Assembly (NCBI RefSeq): GCF_003231495.1
Contig: NZ_PQWO01000011.1
Location: 90,001-122,000, forward strand
Origin: Acaryochloris thomasi RCC1774
GTDB lineage: Bacteria; Cyanobacteriota; Cyanobacteriia; Thermosynechococcales; Thermosynechococcaceae
Length of the DNA: 32,000 nucleotides
Direction of reading: 5' to 3'
Shown: piece by piece, positions 7,602 through 16,111 of the stretch
How the letters are laid out: each line of letters opens with the position of its first letter
How positions within the stretch are numbered: the stretch's first letter is position 1
Made by a program: the position numbers and the translations under genes
The notes under the pieces: generated by a model
What the model was told of the DNA's origin: nothing
The model's input: the letters and a program-made list of their open reading frames with translations, nothing else
Database searches by the model: none

Positions 7602-8978
7602 GTGCCTGATTTCCAAAAGATATCCACAGTCTATCTGCATCGTTTAGAGTGTTGGGGTAGGACTACATGCTCTGACCCAAGCACTTCGATGTTAATGCCC
7701 GCCAGCACTGAATTTGTGACGCTATGCCGATCACAGGTCTCTCTGTTAATTCAGGGTGTAGGGGCGTCTATGAGTGCCGTTTATTTAACAGAAGGACTCT
7801 CTGCTGCAGAACAAACCAGCTTAGTGCCTGTGGTTGTCTACCCCGAAGAGACAGAACCCTGGCCTTCGGTGAAGCCCCTGCTGCCAGAGTCTGAGCCGGA
7901 TAATGCGACGGATGGTCTACCCACTCCGTTTACGACCTTTGATCAAAACTCGCTACTCAATGCCGATGTCCCGGCATTGGTGCCGATGGGTAATGAAGCT
8001 GCTGATCCCGAACAGCTCGTTTTGCCTTTGATTCAGGATGAGGTTGTTTTGGGGTTACTCGTCGTTGCTAGAGAGCAACAGCAGTGGAGTGACAGTGAAC
8101 AGTCACAAATTCAGCAGGTCGCTGAAACCCTGGCGCTGGCTTGCGTCATGGATCAACGATCGCAATGGCTAGCAAACGCTAGCTATCGGCAGCGACTTTT
8201 GCAAGCCGACCAGAAGCAAACGCTTTCTGATCTGATGCACCAATTCCGCAGCCCGCTAACGGCACTTAGAACGCTGGGCAAGCTCCTTACCAAACGCTTT
8301 TCGGGTGACGAGCAGAACCGCCCCCTCGCGGAAAGTATTGTTCAGCAGAGTGAGCGCTTAGAAGAACTACTGCAGCAGTTTGACGGAGCCGTTGATATTG
8401 GTGAGGCGGCTTTAGAGCCTCAGGATGGGCAAGGCCAGCTTCCAGCGTTGATGCCTGCTCCAGAGCTAGCCGAACAGAATGCGCTTTCAGCAGAATTGCT
8501 ACAGCCCTGCTGGGTGGCCGATATTTTATCTCCCTTAATCAATGCAGAGTTGGGGGTGATGGATGAGAAACAGCTGCATCTGAGCGTGCATATCCCGGAA
8601 GATTTACCGCCGGTACGGGCTGATGCCTCTGCCTTACGAGAGGTGTTGGGTAATTTGATAGATAATGCTTTCAAGTACACGCCTGCTGGAGGAGAGGTCC
8701 GTATTAAGGTCCGTCGATCGATTTCAGATGCGAGTCAGGTGATTGCCGTTAGCGATAATGGCCCCGGCATTCCGCCTGAAGATTTAGCCCATGTGTTTGA
8801 GCGTCACTACCGAGGGGTGCAGGCTGAAACTGAGATTCCGGGGACGGGGTTGGGACTTGCGATCGCATCCACCCTGATCCAAGAAATGCAGGGCCGAATT
8901 GAAGTCTTCAGCCCTGCAATTGACAACAAAGAGAGTCAGAACGGGAGCACCTTTTTAGTCACGCTCCCAGAATGCTAG
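7602..8978 (+). CDS. Sensor histidine kinase, N-terminal GAF-like domain plus HisKA-like plus HATPase_c
   Basis: H-box LMHQFRSPLTALRTLGKLL, N-box VLGNLIDNAFKYT, G1 VSDNGPGIP and G2 GTGLGLAIA. No TM segment, so it is probably soluble. GTG 7602 is preceded by the purine-rich AAGAAAAGG. ATG 7689 is an alternative start. Confidence 0.87.
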   Translation: MPDFQKISTVYLHRLECWGRTTCSDPSTSMLMPASTEFVTLCRSQVSLLIQGVGASMSAVYLTEGLSAAEQTSLVPVVVYPEETEPWPSVKPLLPESEPDNATDGLPTPFTTFDQNSLLNADVPALVPMGNEAADPEQLVLPLIQDEVVLGLLVVAREQQQWSDSEQSQIQQVAETLALACVMDQRSQWLANASYRQRLLQADQKQTLSDLMHQFRSPLTALRTLGKLLTKRFSGDEQNRPLAESIVQQSERLEELLQQFDGAVDIGEAALEPQDGQGQLPALMPAPELAEQNALSAELLQPCWVADILSPLINAELGVMDEKQLHLSVHIPEDLPPVRADASALREVLGNLIDNAFKYTPAGGEVRIKVRRSISDASQVIAVSDNGPGIPPEDLAHVFERHYRGVQAETEIPGTGLGLAIASTLIQEMQGRIEVFSPAIDNKESQNGSTFLVTLPEC

Positions 8979-8997
8979 CGATTCGTCTTGGAGTGGA

Positions 8998-10362
8998 CTA
9001 TCGCTGCGCCAACTGTAAAGACTGACTGAGTTCCAGCGTCAGGTCAGCATCAGGCTCAATCACAACAACGCGCTTGACATTCGGATCAATGACTCCGCCG
9101 ATGGCAGCGCCAGAAGCAGCGCCAGAGAGGACCTTCTCTGCAGTGATGGTGCGATCGCCAATCAGGCCCGAAAGACCCGCAGCTAAAGCTGCACCGATGA
9201 CGGTATCTCTAGCAATTGCATTGACGGCCCGACCTCGATTGGTTTCAATCGCAGCCCCCACTGCTGCGCCTGGAATCACTTTTTCAGCCGTAATCGTCCG
9301 ATTCCCCACTAGCCCCGAGATTCCAGCAGCGGCAGCCGCGCCAATCACCGAGTTGCGAGCTAGCGAGACCAGACTTGGATCGTTAATGCTGCGGGTGCGG
9401 GTAATCACGTTGGAGAAAGCTTGAATCGGGTAGTCTTGGCCGTCGATAACCACAGTGGAGGCCACAAACTGAGAGCCACCGTCGCGGGGCTGGAGTTCAC
9501 CGATGATTTCGCTGCCTCTAGGAATAACGATGTTATTGTTGCGATCGCGAATATTAGCATTCACCGTTAGCGTTAGCGCCGCCGTTTCCTTCGGCGACAC
9601 GATCACGCGATCGGCCTCTGCGTAGGTCACAGGTACAGTCGTCCCCGCCGTTAGTGCAGAGGCATCAAAATCACCCGCAATATATTGAGACGATAGTAGA
9701 GAAGCCTGCTGTGGTGACTTGAGCGCTTGGCAAAGGAATGCCGCTACATCAGCACGGGTTGCGGTTTGGTTCGGATTTAAATATCGAACATTAGGATAAT
9801 TCACCACTAGTTGATTCTCTGCTGCTGCTGCAATCGTGCGTCGAGCATAGCTAGGTATAGAGCCGGCATCACTAAAGTTTCGATCTAAAATGGCATTAAC
9901 GGAGCCGTTAGGAGCATAGTCTAAACCATTCCCTAATGATACTAAAACTTGAGCGCGGGGAATGTTTTGGCTCGCTTGAAAACGACCGTCAGGATACCCC
10001 GTCAGAAAGCCTGTTTGAGTTGCAGTACGGATGGCATTGTAGGCCCAGAAATTTGACGACACATCTCTAAAACTTCTAACACTCTGGTTGCGAGGGGCGT
10101 TCGGGAAAGCATTGCCAACTAAGGTGGCATACTCAGCTCGACTGACCGGGGCGTTGGGACGAAAGCTCCTGTCAGGATAGCCATTGATGATGCCCTGCTG
10201 AGCAAGAGACTGAATACAACTCTGTGCCCAGTGGCCTTGAATGTCTGACAAGCCAGCCTGCGCCGATGCAGGTACAGAAAGCAAAGGAATAGCCGCAGTA
10301 GACGTGATTCCTAAGCCAAGTATTAAGGAAACTTTTTTCTGCCATTTACGTAGCGTTGACAT
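8998..10362 (-). CDS. Secreted S-layer-homology (SLH) domain protein with a C-terminal tandem glycine-zipper-like repeat
   Basis: A signal peptide (…PLLSVPASAQA) is followed by three SLH repeats (DIQGHWAQSCIQSLAQQGIINGYPDRSFRP..., VSSNFWAYNAIRTATQTGFLTGYPDGRFQ..., SIPSYARRTIAAAAENQLVVNYP...). I prefer ATG 10362 as the start because it follows AAGGTGA by 8 nt. The ORF extends to GTG 10374. Confidence 0.87.
   Translation of the reverse strand: MSTLRKWQKKVSLILGLGITSTAAIPLLSVPASAQAGLSDIQGHWAQSCIQSLAQQGIINGYPDRSFRPNAPVSRAEYATLVGNAFPNAPRNQSVRSFRDVSSNFWAYNAIRTATQTGFLTGYPDGRFQASQNIPRAQVLVSLGNGLDYAPNGSVNAILDRNFSDAGSIPSYARRTIAAAAENQLVVNYPNVRYLNPNQTATRADVAAFLCQALKSPQQASLLSSQYIAGDFDASALTAGTTVPVTYAEADRVIVSPKETAALTLTVNANIRDRNNNIVIPRGSEIIGELQPRDGGSQFVASTVVIDGQDYPIQAFSNVITRTRSINDPSLVSLARNSVIGAAAAAGISGLVGNRTITAEKVIPGAAVGAAIETNRGRAVNAIARDTVIGAALAAGLSGLIGDRTITAEKVLSGAASGAAIGGVIDPNVKRVVVIEPDADLTLELSQSLQLAQR
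9091..9354 (-). repeat. Intragenic tandem repeat encoding two 49-aa-period Gly/Ala-rich units
   Basis: NSVIGAAAAAGISGLVGNRTITAEKVIPGAAVGAAI aligns with DTVIGAALAAGLSGLIGDRTITAEKVLSGAASGAAI, with 27 of 36 residues identical. The two DNA copies have diverged. Confidence 0.8.
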
Positions 10363-10664
10363 AATGTATCTCACCTTGAAATGTTGATATTTATAAAGAC
10401 ATTCTCAAGTGAATCAAGTTTCCAAAATAGTAATAAATGAAACTTGAGAACTAGAAGACTAGAACCCAGGCTTAGTACCTTTTTCCTATTCTGTCCAAAG
10501 GCCGCAGCAAAGGGGAACATCTTTTACAAGAAACGATCGCTCTTATCTATTTTTCAAGTTTCAATAGAAAGCCGATGCTCATTCGTTGGGTGTCACGACT
10601 GTCGAATAAGGCCGTTCATCCTATCTCACTCTCTTTCCGTAGGGATCACACACTTTTGCCCTTG

Positions 10665-10771
10665 GCCCTCATCCCCCACAGCCCCTTCTCGCAATCTCGG
10701 GAGAAGGAAGGCAAGATAAAAGCACTCAAAGTCCCTCGCCCAGAATTGGGAGAGGGATTTAGGGTGAGGGC
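10665..10771. repeat. Composite GC-rich short dispersed repeat / MITE-like element
   Basis: The ends are imperfectly inverted: gccctcatccc at 10665 and agggtgagggc ending at 10771, whose reverse complement is gccctcaccct. Two hairpins lie inside. One is ccttctc/gagaagg (10684-10707). The other is tccctc-cccA/Tggg-gaggga (10732-10757). The spurious ORFs across it read ...GEGFRVRA..., typical of such cyanobacterial repeats. Confidence 0.5.
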
Positions 10772-10802
10772 CGTGCAATACTTTAGCTAAAGTGGGATCC
10801 TC

Positions 10803-10833
10803 GCCTTTCAACAGAGGTGGTCTGCTGAAAGGC
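10803..10833 (+). promoter_or_regulatory. Hairpin (11 bp plus 1 mismatch, 7-nt loop) 26 nt upstream of the methyltransferase ATG, followed by a 10-bp palindrome
   Basis: gcctttcaacag / ctgctgaaaggc pair around the loop aggtggt. A tandem gcaagat gcaagat and the palindrome caagatcttg (10840-10849) follow. There is no U-tract on either strand, so it is not an obvious terminator. Confidence 0.3.
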
Positions 10834-10858
10834 AAGATGCAAGATCTTGAGTCAATAA

Positions 10859-11683
10859 ATGAGCATGACTAAGTTCTCTCTCAATCGTTACAAGCAGCAA
10901 ATCCGCAACGACTTTAATAGCCGATCGAATTACGAGAGTGAGTTCCATCGAAAGGCGGCTGCACGATTAGTCGAGCTGGCAAAACTACAGGCTGGCCAGA
11001 GGGTGCTAGATGTCGCAACCGGGACAGGTTTAGCCGCAATTGCTGCAGCGCGGGTAGTCGGTTTGACGGGCCATGTTTTGGGAACTGACTTTTCTGCGGG
11101 GATGTTACAGCAGGCCCGGGCACAAGCCGAGGCCCTGGGGCTGAAAAACATCGTGTTCGAGAACGTCGATGCAGACAACCAGGAACTTCAGGAGCGTCAA
11201 TATGACATTGTTCTTTGCTCATCTGCGATTGTCTATTTCACCGATATTCCAGCGGTTTTGGAGCAATGGCACAGTGCGCTGCGCTCAGAGGGAAGGGTTG
11301 TCTTTTCCTGTTTAGCTGAAACGTCTCCCTCTGCATCTGTTGTGTTCCGCTCAGTTGTGAAAAAGTACGGCATTACGATTCCAAACCCCAATGCGTTGCT
11401 TGGGACACCCGAAAAGTGTCGCCAAATTCTTGAAGCAGCTGGATTTGAAGGCACTGAAATGGTACCTGAGCAATTTGGCTCCTATTTACAAGATGCATCG
11501 GCTGTATGGGCTGGCAACGCCAGAAGCGCCTTTGGCCTTCAGGATGCACAGTGGTCGGAAGAACAGCTCAATCAGTGCAGATTAGAGTATCTGGCAGAGA
11601 TCAAGAAAGTCTCCACTGAAGACGGCTATTGGAATGACGTCACTCTGTTTTTCGTGACTGCGCACAAAGCGAGGGGGGCATGA
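10859..11683 (+). CDS. Class I SAM-dependent methyltransferase
   Basis: Motif I is VLDVATGTGLAA, an acidic post-I residue follows (GTDFS), and motif II/III are DIVLCSSAIVYF and GRVVF. Confidence 0.85.
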   Translation: MSMTKFSLNRYKQQIRNDFNSRSNYESEFHRKAAARLVELAKLQAGQRVLDVATGTGLAAIAAARVVGLTGHVLGTDFSAGMLQQARAQAEALGLKNIVFENVDADNQELQERQYDIVLCSSAIVYFTDIPAVLEQWHSALRSEGRVVFSCLAETSPSASVVFRSVVKKYGITIPNPNALLGTPEKCRQILEAAGFEGTEMVPEQFGSYLQDASAVWAGNARSAFGLQDAQWSEEQLNQCRLEYLAEIKKVSTEDGYWNDVTLFFVTAHKARGA

Positions 11684-11861
11684 AATTTTCTCTTTGGCGG
11701 CTCTAGGTGATCGGAAAAAAACAGCGTTTATCCCTCTTTATGTAGGCAAAGGGGCTGGTCGGGACTTAATACCCCTGTAGCAAAGAAAGCATCCACTGTA
11801 ACCAGCAAATCCCTAATATGAATAGGTGCTAGTTTTCGCACTTCCCTTTTCGCTGAAACAT

Positions 11862-12656
11862 ATGTCTGATACTTTGACCGCTCGATACTGGACGGCCTGT
11901 GCCGTTGCTCGCTCCGCTGGACAGCTCGCCTACCGCTACTTTCAAAACCTAGAAAGTATCACGGTAGAGAGTAAAGGGATTCAAAATCCTGTGACGGTTG
12001 CAGACCGTGAGGTCGAGAACCTCATCATCTCTCGTCTGTCTCACTGCTTCCCGACCGATCAGTTTCTAGCCGAAGAAAGTGGCGGAGAGCGCTGTGACGA
12101 TCAGGTTTGGGTCATCGACCCCATTGACGGAACATCTAACTTTGTACGCGGTATACCCTACTTCTGTGTTTCCATCGCCTACGTCGTCAATCAAGAGATC
12201 AAAATCGGCGTGATCTATGATCCGAGCCGCGACGAGCTTTTTGCGGCTTTCTATGGGAAAGGGGCCACCCGCAACGACCAGCCGATGGAAGTGACCCATT
12301 GTCAAGAATTATCTAGTGCGATGATTGGCCTTGATATTGGTCTCCGAACGTCAATGGAGCTAGGTCTCAAAGCAGTTCAGCAGCTTGTGTTACAACAGAG
12401 CGTCATCCGTCACCTTGGCTCTGCGGCCTTAGCGCTGGCCCATGTTGCAGACGGTCGTTTAGATAGCTACTGGAACCCTCATCTTAATCCTTGGGACGTT
12501 CTTGCTGGTCAGTTATTGGTGCAAGAGGCTGGAGGATGGACCAGTGATTTTCTGGCGCAGGATGGTATCAACAAGGGCAACTCTATCCTCGCCTGTGCGC
12601 CAGCGTTACGGCCAGCACTACAGCAGGCTACCGAGATCCAGGGGAGCGCGACTTAA
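11862..12656 (+). CDS. Inositol monophosphatase family protein (SuhB/IMPase-like)
   Basis: Has the metal-binding signatures EES, WVIDPIDGTSNF and WDVLAGQLLVQEAGG. I prefer ATG 11862. The ORF is open to GTG 11826. Confidence 0.87.
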   Translation: MSDTLTARYWTACAVARSAGQLAYRYFQNLESITVESKGIQNPVTVADREVENLIISRLSHCFPTDQFLAEESGGERCDDQVWVIDPIDGTSNFVRGIPYFCVSIAYVVNQEIKIGVIYDPSRDELFAAFYGKGATRNDQPMEVTHCQELSSAMIGLDIGLRTSMELGLKAVQQLVLQQSVIRHLGSAALALAHVADGRLDSYWNPHLNPWDVLAGQLLVQEAGGWTSDFLAQDGINKGNSILACAPALRPALQQATEIQGSAT

Positions 12657-13710
12657 GACACAGCAGTAAATCGTGACTGAGTCGCAGCGGAATGCCTACG
12701 TGCCCGGTGTTTCCGAAAATTGCCAGCGTTAGGGGGCGTCCATCAAAATCAGGCAGGTGCATGATCCAAGGGGTGTATCCGGGACCATCTCCTGCGTGGC
12801 CAATCAGCGTTCCGTACCGGGATTGGGTGTCAATCATGACGCCTAGCCCATAGGCTGGATGCCCATATCGTGGGTCTTTAGTACCGGTTGAAATGGCTGT
12901 AGAAAGCTGTTCAACCTGCGCTGCCGCCAGGAGGTCACCCAGCAGCAATTCACGGTAAAACTTCACGACATCTGCTGTTGAAGCAGCCACCAATCCTGTG
13001 AAACACCAGCCGGGATGATATTGGTGACTCACATCTTGCATTCTGCCGTCTAAATTCAGTTCGCGGCTGTAGCCAGGAATCAGTGGCTCAAGGGATAAGG
13101 CTGTGGCAACTTTTGTGTGACGGAGTTCTAGGGGAGCGATAATCAGATCAGTCAGCGCCTGGGCAAAAGATCGACCGGAGAGGTGCTCAACAACTTTTTT
13201 GAGAACAAAATATCCTGTATTGGAGTAGTGCCAGCCACAACCGGGTTGAAAATCTAAGGGCTGTTCCCGAATCAGTTCCCAGATTGTTGCTTCAGGCCAA
13301 GGCTGATGAGGTTGAGCGGCCACGCTGGGTTCATAATCAGGTTGCTCCGTGTAGTTGGGTAAACCCGAGGTGTGGTTGAGTAAATGCCGAAACGTAATGG
13401 TTTTCGGCAGCTCTGCTAGCAGCTCAGCGACAGGCGTATCGAGCGTGAGTTGGGCCTGAGCCAAGAGTTTAAGAACAGCGACTGCGGTAAAGGTTTTGGT
13501 AATGCTGTAGATGTAAAACAGCTCGTCTGGATGCAGAGGTGCTCTTGTGTGCAGGTTGCGATTGCCACATGTTCCATTCCAGCTACCCAGCTTTTCGTCC
13601 CAAATCGTGACGCTAAGACCCAGGAATGGCGTAAATAGGTGGGATTCCTCAAGCTGTGTCTGCAGTTCTGCGGCAATTTTTGTATTTATATCTTGGAGCG
13701 GATGACTCAC
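12628..13710 (-). CDS. Serine hydrolase of the beta-lactamase / class C / DD-peptidase-like family
   Basis: SxxK nucleophile motif (YSITKTF), YxN (HYSNTGY) and a C-terminal HAGDGPG box in the usual order. GTG start at 13710. Confidence 0.85.
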   Translation of the reverse strand: MSHPLQDINTKIAAELQTQLEESHLFTPFLGLSVTIWDEKLGSWNGTCGNRNLHTRAPLHPDELFYIYSITKTFTAVAVLKLLAQAQLTLDTPVAELLAELPKTITFRHLLNHTSGLPNYTEQPDYEPSVAAQPHQPWPEATIWELIREQPLDFQPGCGWHYSNTGYFVLKKVVEHLSGRSFAQALTDLIIAPLELRHTKVATALSLEPLIPGYSRELNLDGRMQDVSHQYHPGWCFTGLVAASTADVVKFYRELLLGDLLAAAQVEQLSTAISTGTKDPRYGHPAYGLGVMIDTQSRYGTLIGHAGDGPGYTPWIMHLPDFDGRPLTLAIFGNTGHVGIPLRLSHDLLLCLKSRSPGSR

Positions 13711-13762
13711 GTTTCTTTTGATCTCTAAAATAGAAGATACTCACCTGATTGTAGGTCTCTCG

Positions 13763-14434
13763 ATGTCTGAACAAGCTCGTCAACCGTGGAACGTCGGTCG
13801 GTTTATGCAGACCTTGACTTATTTTGAAGCCCTGCCCGTCATTAGTTGGTTCCAAAAAATGCTGCCTGCCTTTACGCCTCCGGCCCCGCCTCAGCTCCAA
13901 GCTGGGATGATTTTCGATTTCCGTCAGTCTATCGCCGATCTCGACCAGACTTGGGGTGTCCTAGACGATGTGGTGATGGGCGGGGCTAGCTCTAGCTCGT
14001 TTCAGGCCAAAGACGGCGCTGCACTCTTTTCTGGCATTGTCACCACTGCTAATTCCGGTGGATTTGCTTCCGTGCGAACGCGCAACTTTGAGCCACCTCT
14101 CGATTTGAATAACCACAGCGGCATTGAATTGCAGGTGAGGGGGGACGGCCAGCGCTACAAGTTTTTAATGCGAGACGAAGATAGCTGGGATAGTGTTGCC
14201 TATGCCTACTCTTTTGATACAGAAGCGGACCAGTGGCAGACGGTTCAGATTCCCTTTACTGAGATGACGGCGGTTTTCCGGGCGAAGACTGTCCCAGATG
14301 CCTCCCCGATCAATCAAGGACAGGTTCGCTCTCTGCAGTTGATGCTGAGCAAGTTCGAGTATGACGGCGCTCTCAACCCCAGTTTTCAGCCGGGAGAATT
14401 TAAGCTCTGTGTGCAATCCATCGGGGTTTATTGA
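13763..14434 (+). CDS. CIA30 (complex I intermediate-associated protein 30) domain protein
   Basis: WGVLDDVVMGGASSSSF ... FSGIVTTANSGGFASVRT ... GIELQVRGDGQRYKF is the characteristic CIA30 pattern. I prefer ATG 13763. TTG 13718 is possible. Confidence 0.8.
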   Translation: MSEQARQPWNVGRFMQTLTYFEALPVISWFQKMLPAFTPPAPPQLQAGMIFDFRQSIADLDQTWGVLDDVVMGGASSSSFQAKDGAALFSGIVTTANSGGFASVRTRNFEPPLDLNNHSGIELQVRGDGQRYKFLMRDEDSWDSVAYAYSFDTEADQWQTVQIPFTEMTAVFRAKTVPDASPINQGQVRSLQLMLSKFEYDGALNPSFQPGEFKLCVQSIGVY

Positions 14435-15264
14435 GGTGTACGGCTAACAATCCCTGACCATTGAACTTGTTTTTTGTTGTCGCGCCGATAGGAGAAGAAC
14501 CGCTCGGGGTCTTGATAGGTGCAGTGGGGTGAGATCGCAACCTGTTCTCCACTCAGCCCCAACTGCTCAAGCTGCATCGCATTTACCCGGCGCACATCGA
14601 GCCGCATGTGCCCGGGTTTTTCGTCTTTCAAAACCGGCGGCTCTGGCAAATGCTGCAAGCGTTCAGAAACATCTGCTTGCGCTTGCATCGCATCTGGATC
14701 AACCACGGAAGCACCGACCTCTACCGCGACCTCTGTTGAGACCTGATAGACCTGACCGGCGATCGCGGGTCCCATGGCCACCCGTAGATCTGCGATGCGA
14801 CTGCCTTGCTTTTGGAGACTTGCGATCGCAACCGGCACAATCTTTGCTGCTGTACCTCGCCAGCCTGCATGTACCGCAGCCACCTGTCCTGTCTTCGCAT
14901 CTGCCATCAAGACTGGCGTACAGTCCGCTGTACAGACCCACATCGCCTGATTGTGATCATCACTCACTAATCCATCGGCTTCTGGGAAAGCTAGCCGTTC
15001 TGGGTCTTTGGGCAATTGACGATACTGCCTAATGTCTTGGGAACCAAGAATGCGATTCCCATGCACCTGCTTAACACGATAGGTTTGCGCCTCAGGAGTC
15101 ATGATCGTCGCTAGCTCATCTAGAGTCTGCTGCTGAAACTGACGCGTAAAAAAACCGTGGGGCCAAGCCTCTAACAGGGTACAGGTCAAATATTGGCAAC
15201 CTTCCCAGGTCTGCCAGTGCCAATCGTGCATCTTATCGATAGCCCAACAAAAAATCCTATCCAT
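14428..15264 (-). CDS. pgeF: Peptidoglycan editing factor PgeF (YfiH/DUF152 laccase-domain protein)
   Basis: Conserved QVHGNR, ADGLV, CTADCTPVLM and AAVHAGWRGT motifs, plus the C-terminal FFSYRRD. Confidence 0.9.
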   Translation of the reverse strand: MDRIFCWAIDKMHDWHWQTWEGCQYLTCTLLEAWPHGFFTRQFQQQTLDELATIMTPEAQTYRVKQVHGNRILGSQDIRQYRQLPKDPERLAFPEADGLVSDDHNQAMWVCTADCTPVLMADAKTGQVAAVHAGWRGTAAKIVPVAIASLQKQGSRIADLRVAMGPAIAGQVYQVSTEVAVEVGASVVDPDAMQAQADVSERLQHLPEPPVLKDEKPGHMRLDVRRVNAMQLEQLGLSGEQVAISPHCTYQDPERFFSYRRDNKKQVQWSGIVSRTPQ

Positions 15265-15282
15265 GCTAGCTTGCCCTAGGCG

Positions 15283-16071
15283 GTGATGGCCGAAAAAGCC
15301 TCAGCGGCCCATTGTTTTTGTACAGTCCCCGTGACCTTCGATCAGTCTTTATTTCAGAACAACCTCCGCACTCAAACCTTTGGCCGTCCGCTCCACTGGT
15401 TTGAGACCTTACCTTCTACCAGCACACAGCTCTGGGAACTGGTGCGCCAAGGTGCAGCACCGGGTACGGCAGTGATTGCTGCTCAGCAACAGGCGGGACG
15501 AGGGCAATGGGGCCGTTCTTGGTCTTCACCGCCGGGGGGACTGTATTTATCCGTAGCACTGCTCAATCGGCAGTCTAACGCCGTACCGAGAACGGCTGTC
15601 CCTGATGCGATTGCGCCACTTTCTGCGGATCAAACGCCACAGCTCACCGTGTGCAGTGCTTGGGGCGTTGCTTCAGCGCTAAGGAATCTAGATATTCCCG
15701 TCACTTTAAAGTGGCCCAATGATCTGCTCCTCCACGGCAAAAAACTGGGCGGAATTCTGACTGAAACCACTGTTCAGAAGAATCAGATTACAGCAGCCAT
15801 CCTCGGGATTGGCCTCAACTGGACGAACCCTGTGCCCGAAACAGGCATCACTCTTACCTCAGTGCTGCAGGATTGCGCTCAGATTACATGCCTTGAGCAA
15901 CTGGCTGCTCTGATGTTGCAGGGCTTAGAGAACGGCTATCAGCGCTGGCAAACAGCAGGGATTGAGGCATTACTGCCGGACTACCTTCATCTCGTTACGG
16001 CTTGGCAAGCTTCTCAGACGACCATGCGCCTCAGCGACACCCTTATTCTTTCGCTGAAGTCCCTACCCTAA
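15283..16071 (+). CDS. birA: Biotin--[acetyl-CoA-carboxylase] ligase, group I (no N-terminal HTH)
   Basis: Biotin-binding loop QQQAGRGQWGRSWSSPPGGLYLSV (GRGRxGRxW type) and KWPNDLLLHGKKLGGILTE. Confidence 0.9.
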   Translation: MMAEKASAAHCFCTVPVTFDQSLFQNNLRTQTFGRPLHWFETLPSTSTQLWELVRQGAAPGTAVIAAQQQAGRGQWGRSWSSPPGGLYLSVALLNRQSNAVPRTAVPDAIAPLSADQTPQLTVCSAWGVASALRNLDIPVTLKWPNDLLLHGKKLGGILTETTVQKNQITAAILGIGLNWTNPVPETGITLTSVLQDCAQITCLEQLAALMLQGLENGYQRWQTAGIEALLPDYLHLVTAWQASQTTMRLSDTLILSLKSLP

Positions 16072-16111
16072 TGGGCGTTTCTTGTAGATCTGAAAGGAAT
16101 GATCGTGACGC

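Noticed and set aside
10444-10835. Small ORFs (10444-10719 +, 10575-10790 +, 10626-10835 -) in the SLH/methyltransferase intergenic region.
   Set aside because: They run through the GC-rich dispersed repeat, giving the characteristic ...GEGFRVRA... pseudo-peptide. They overlap one another and have no SD or family features.
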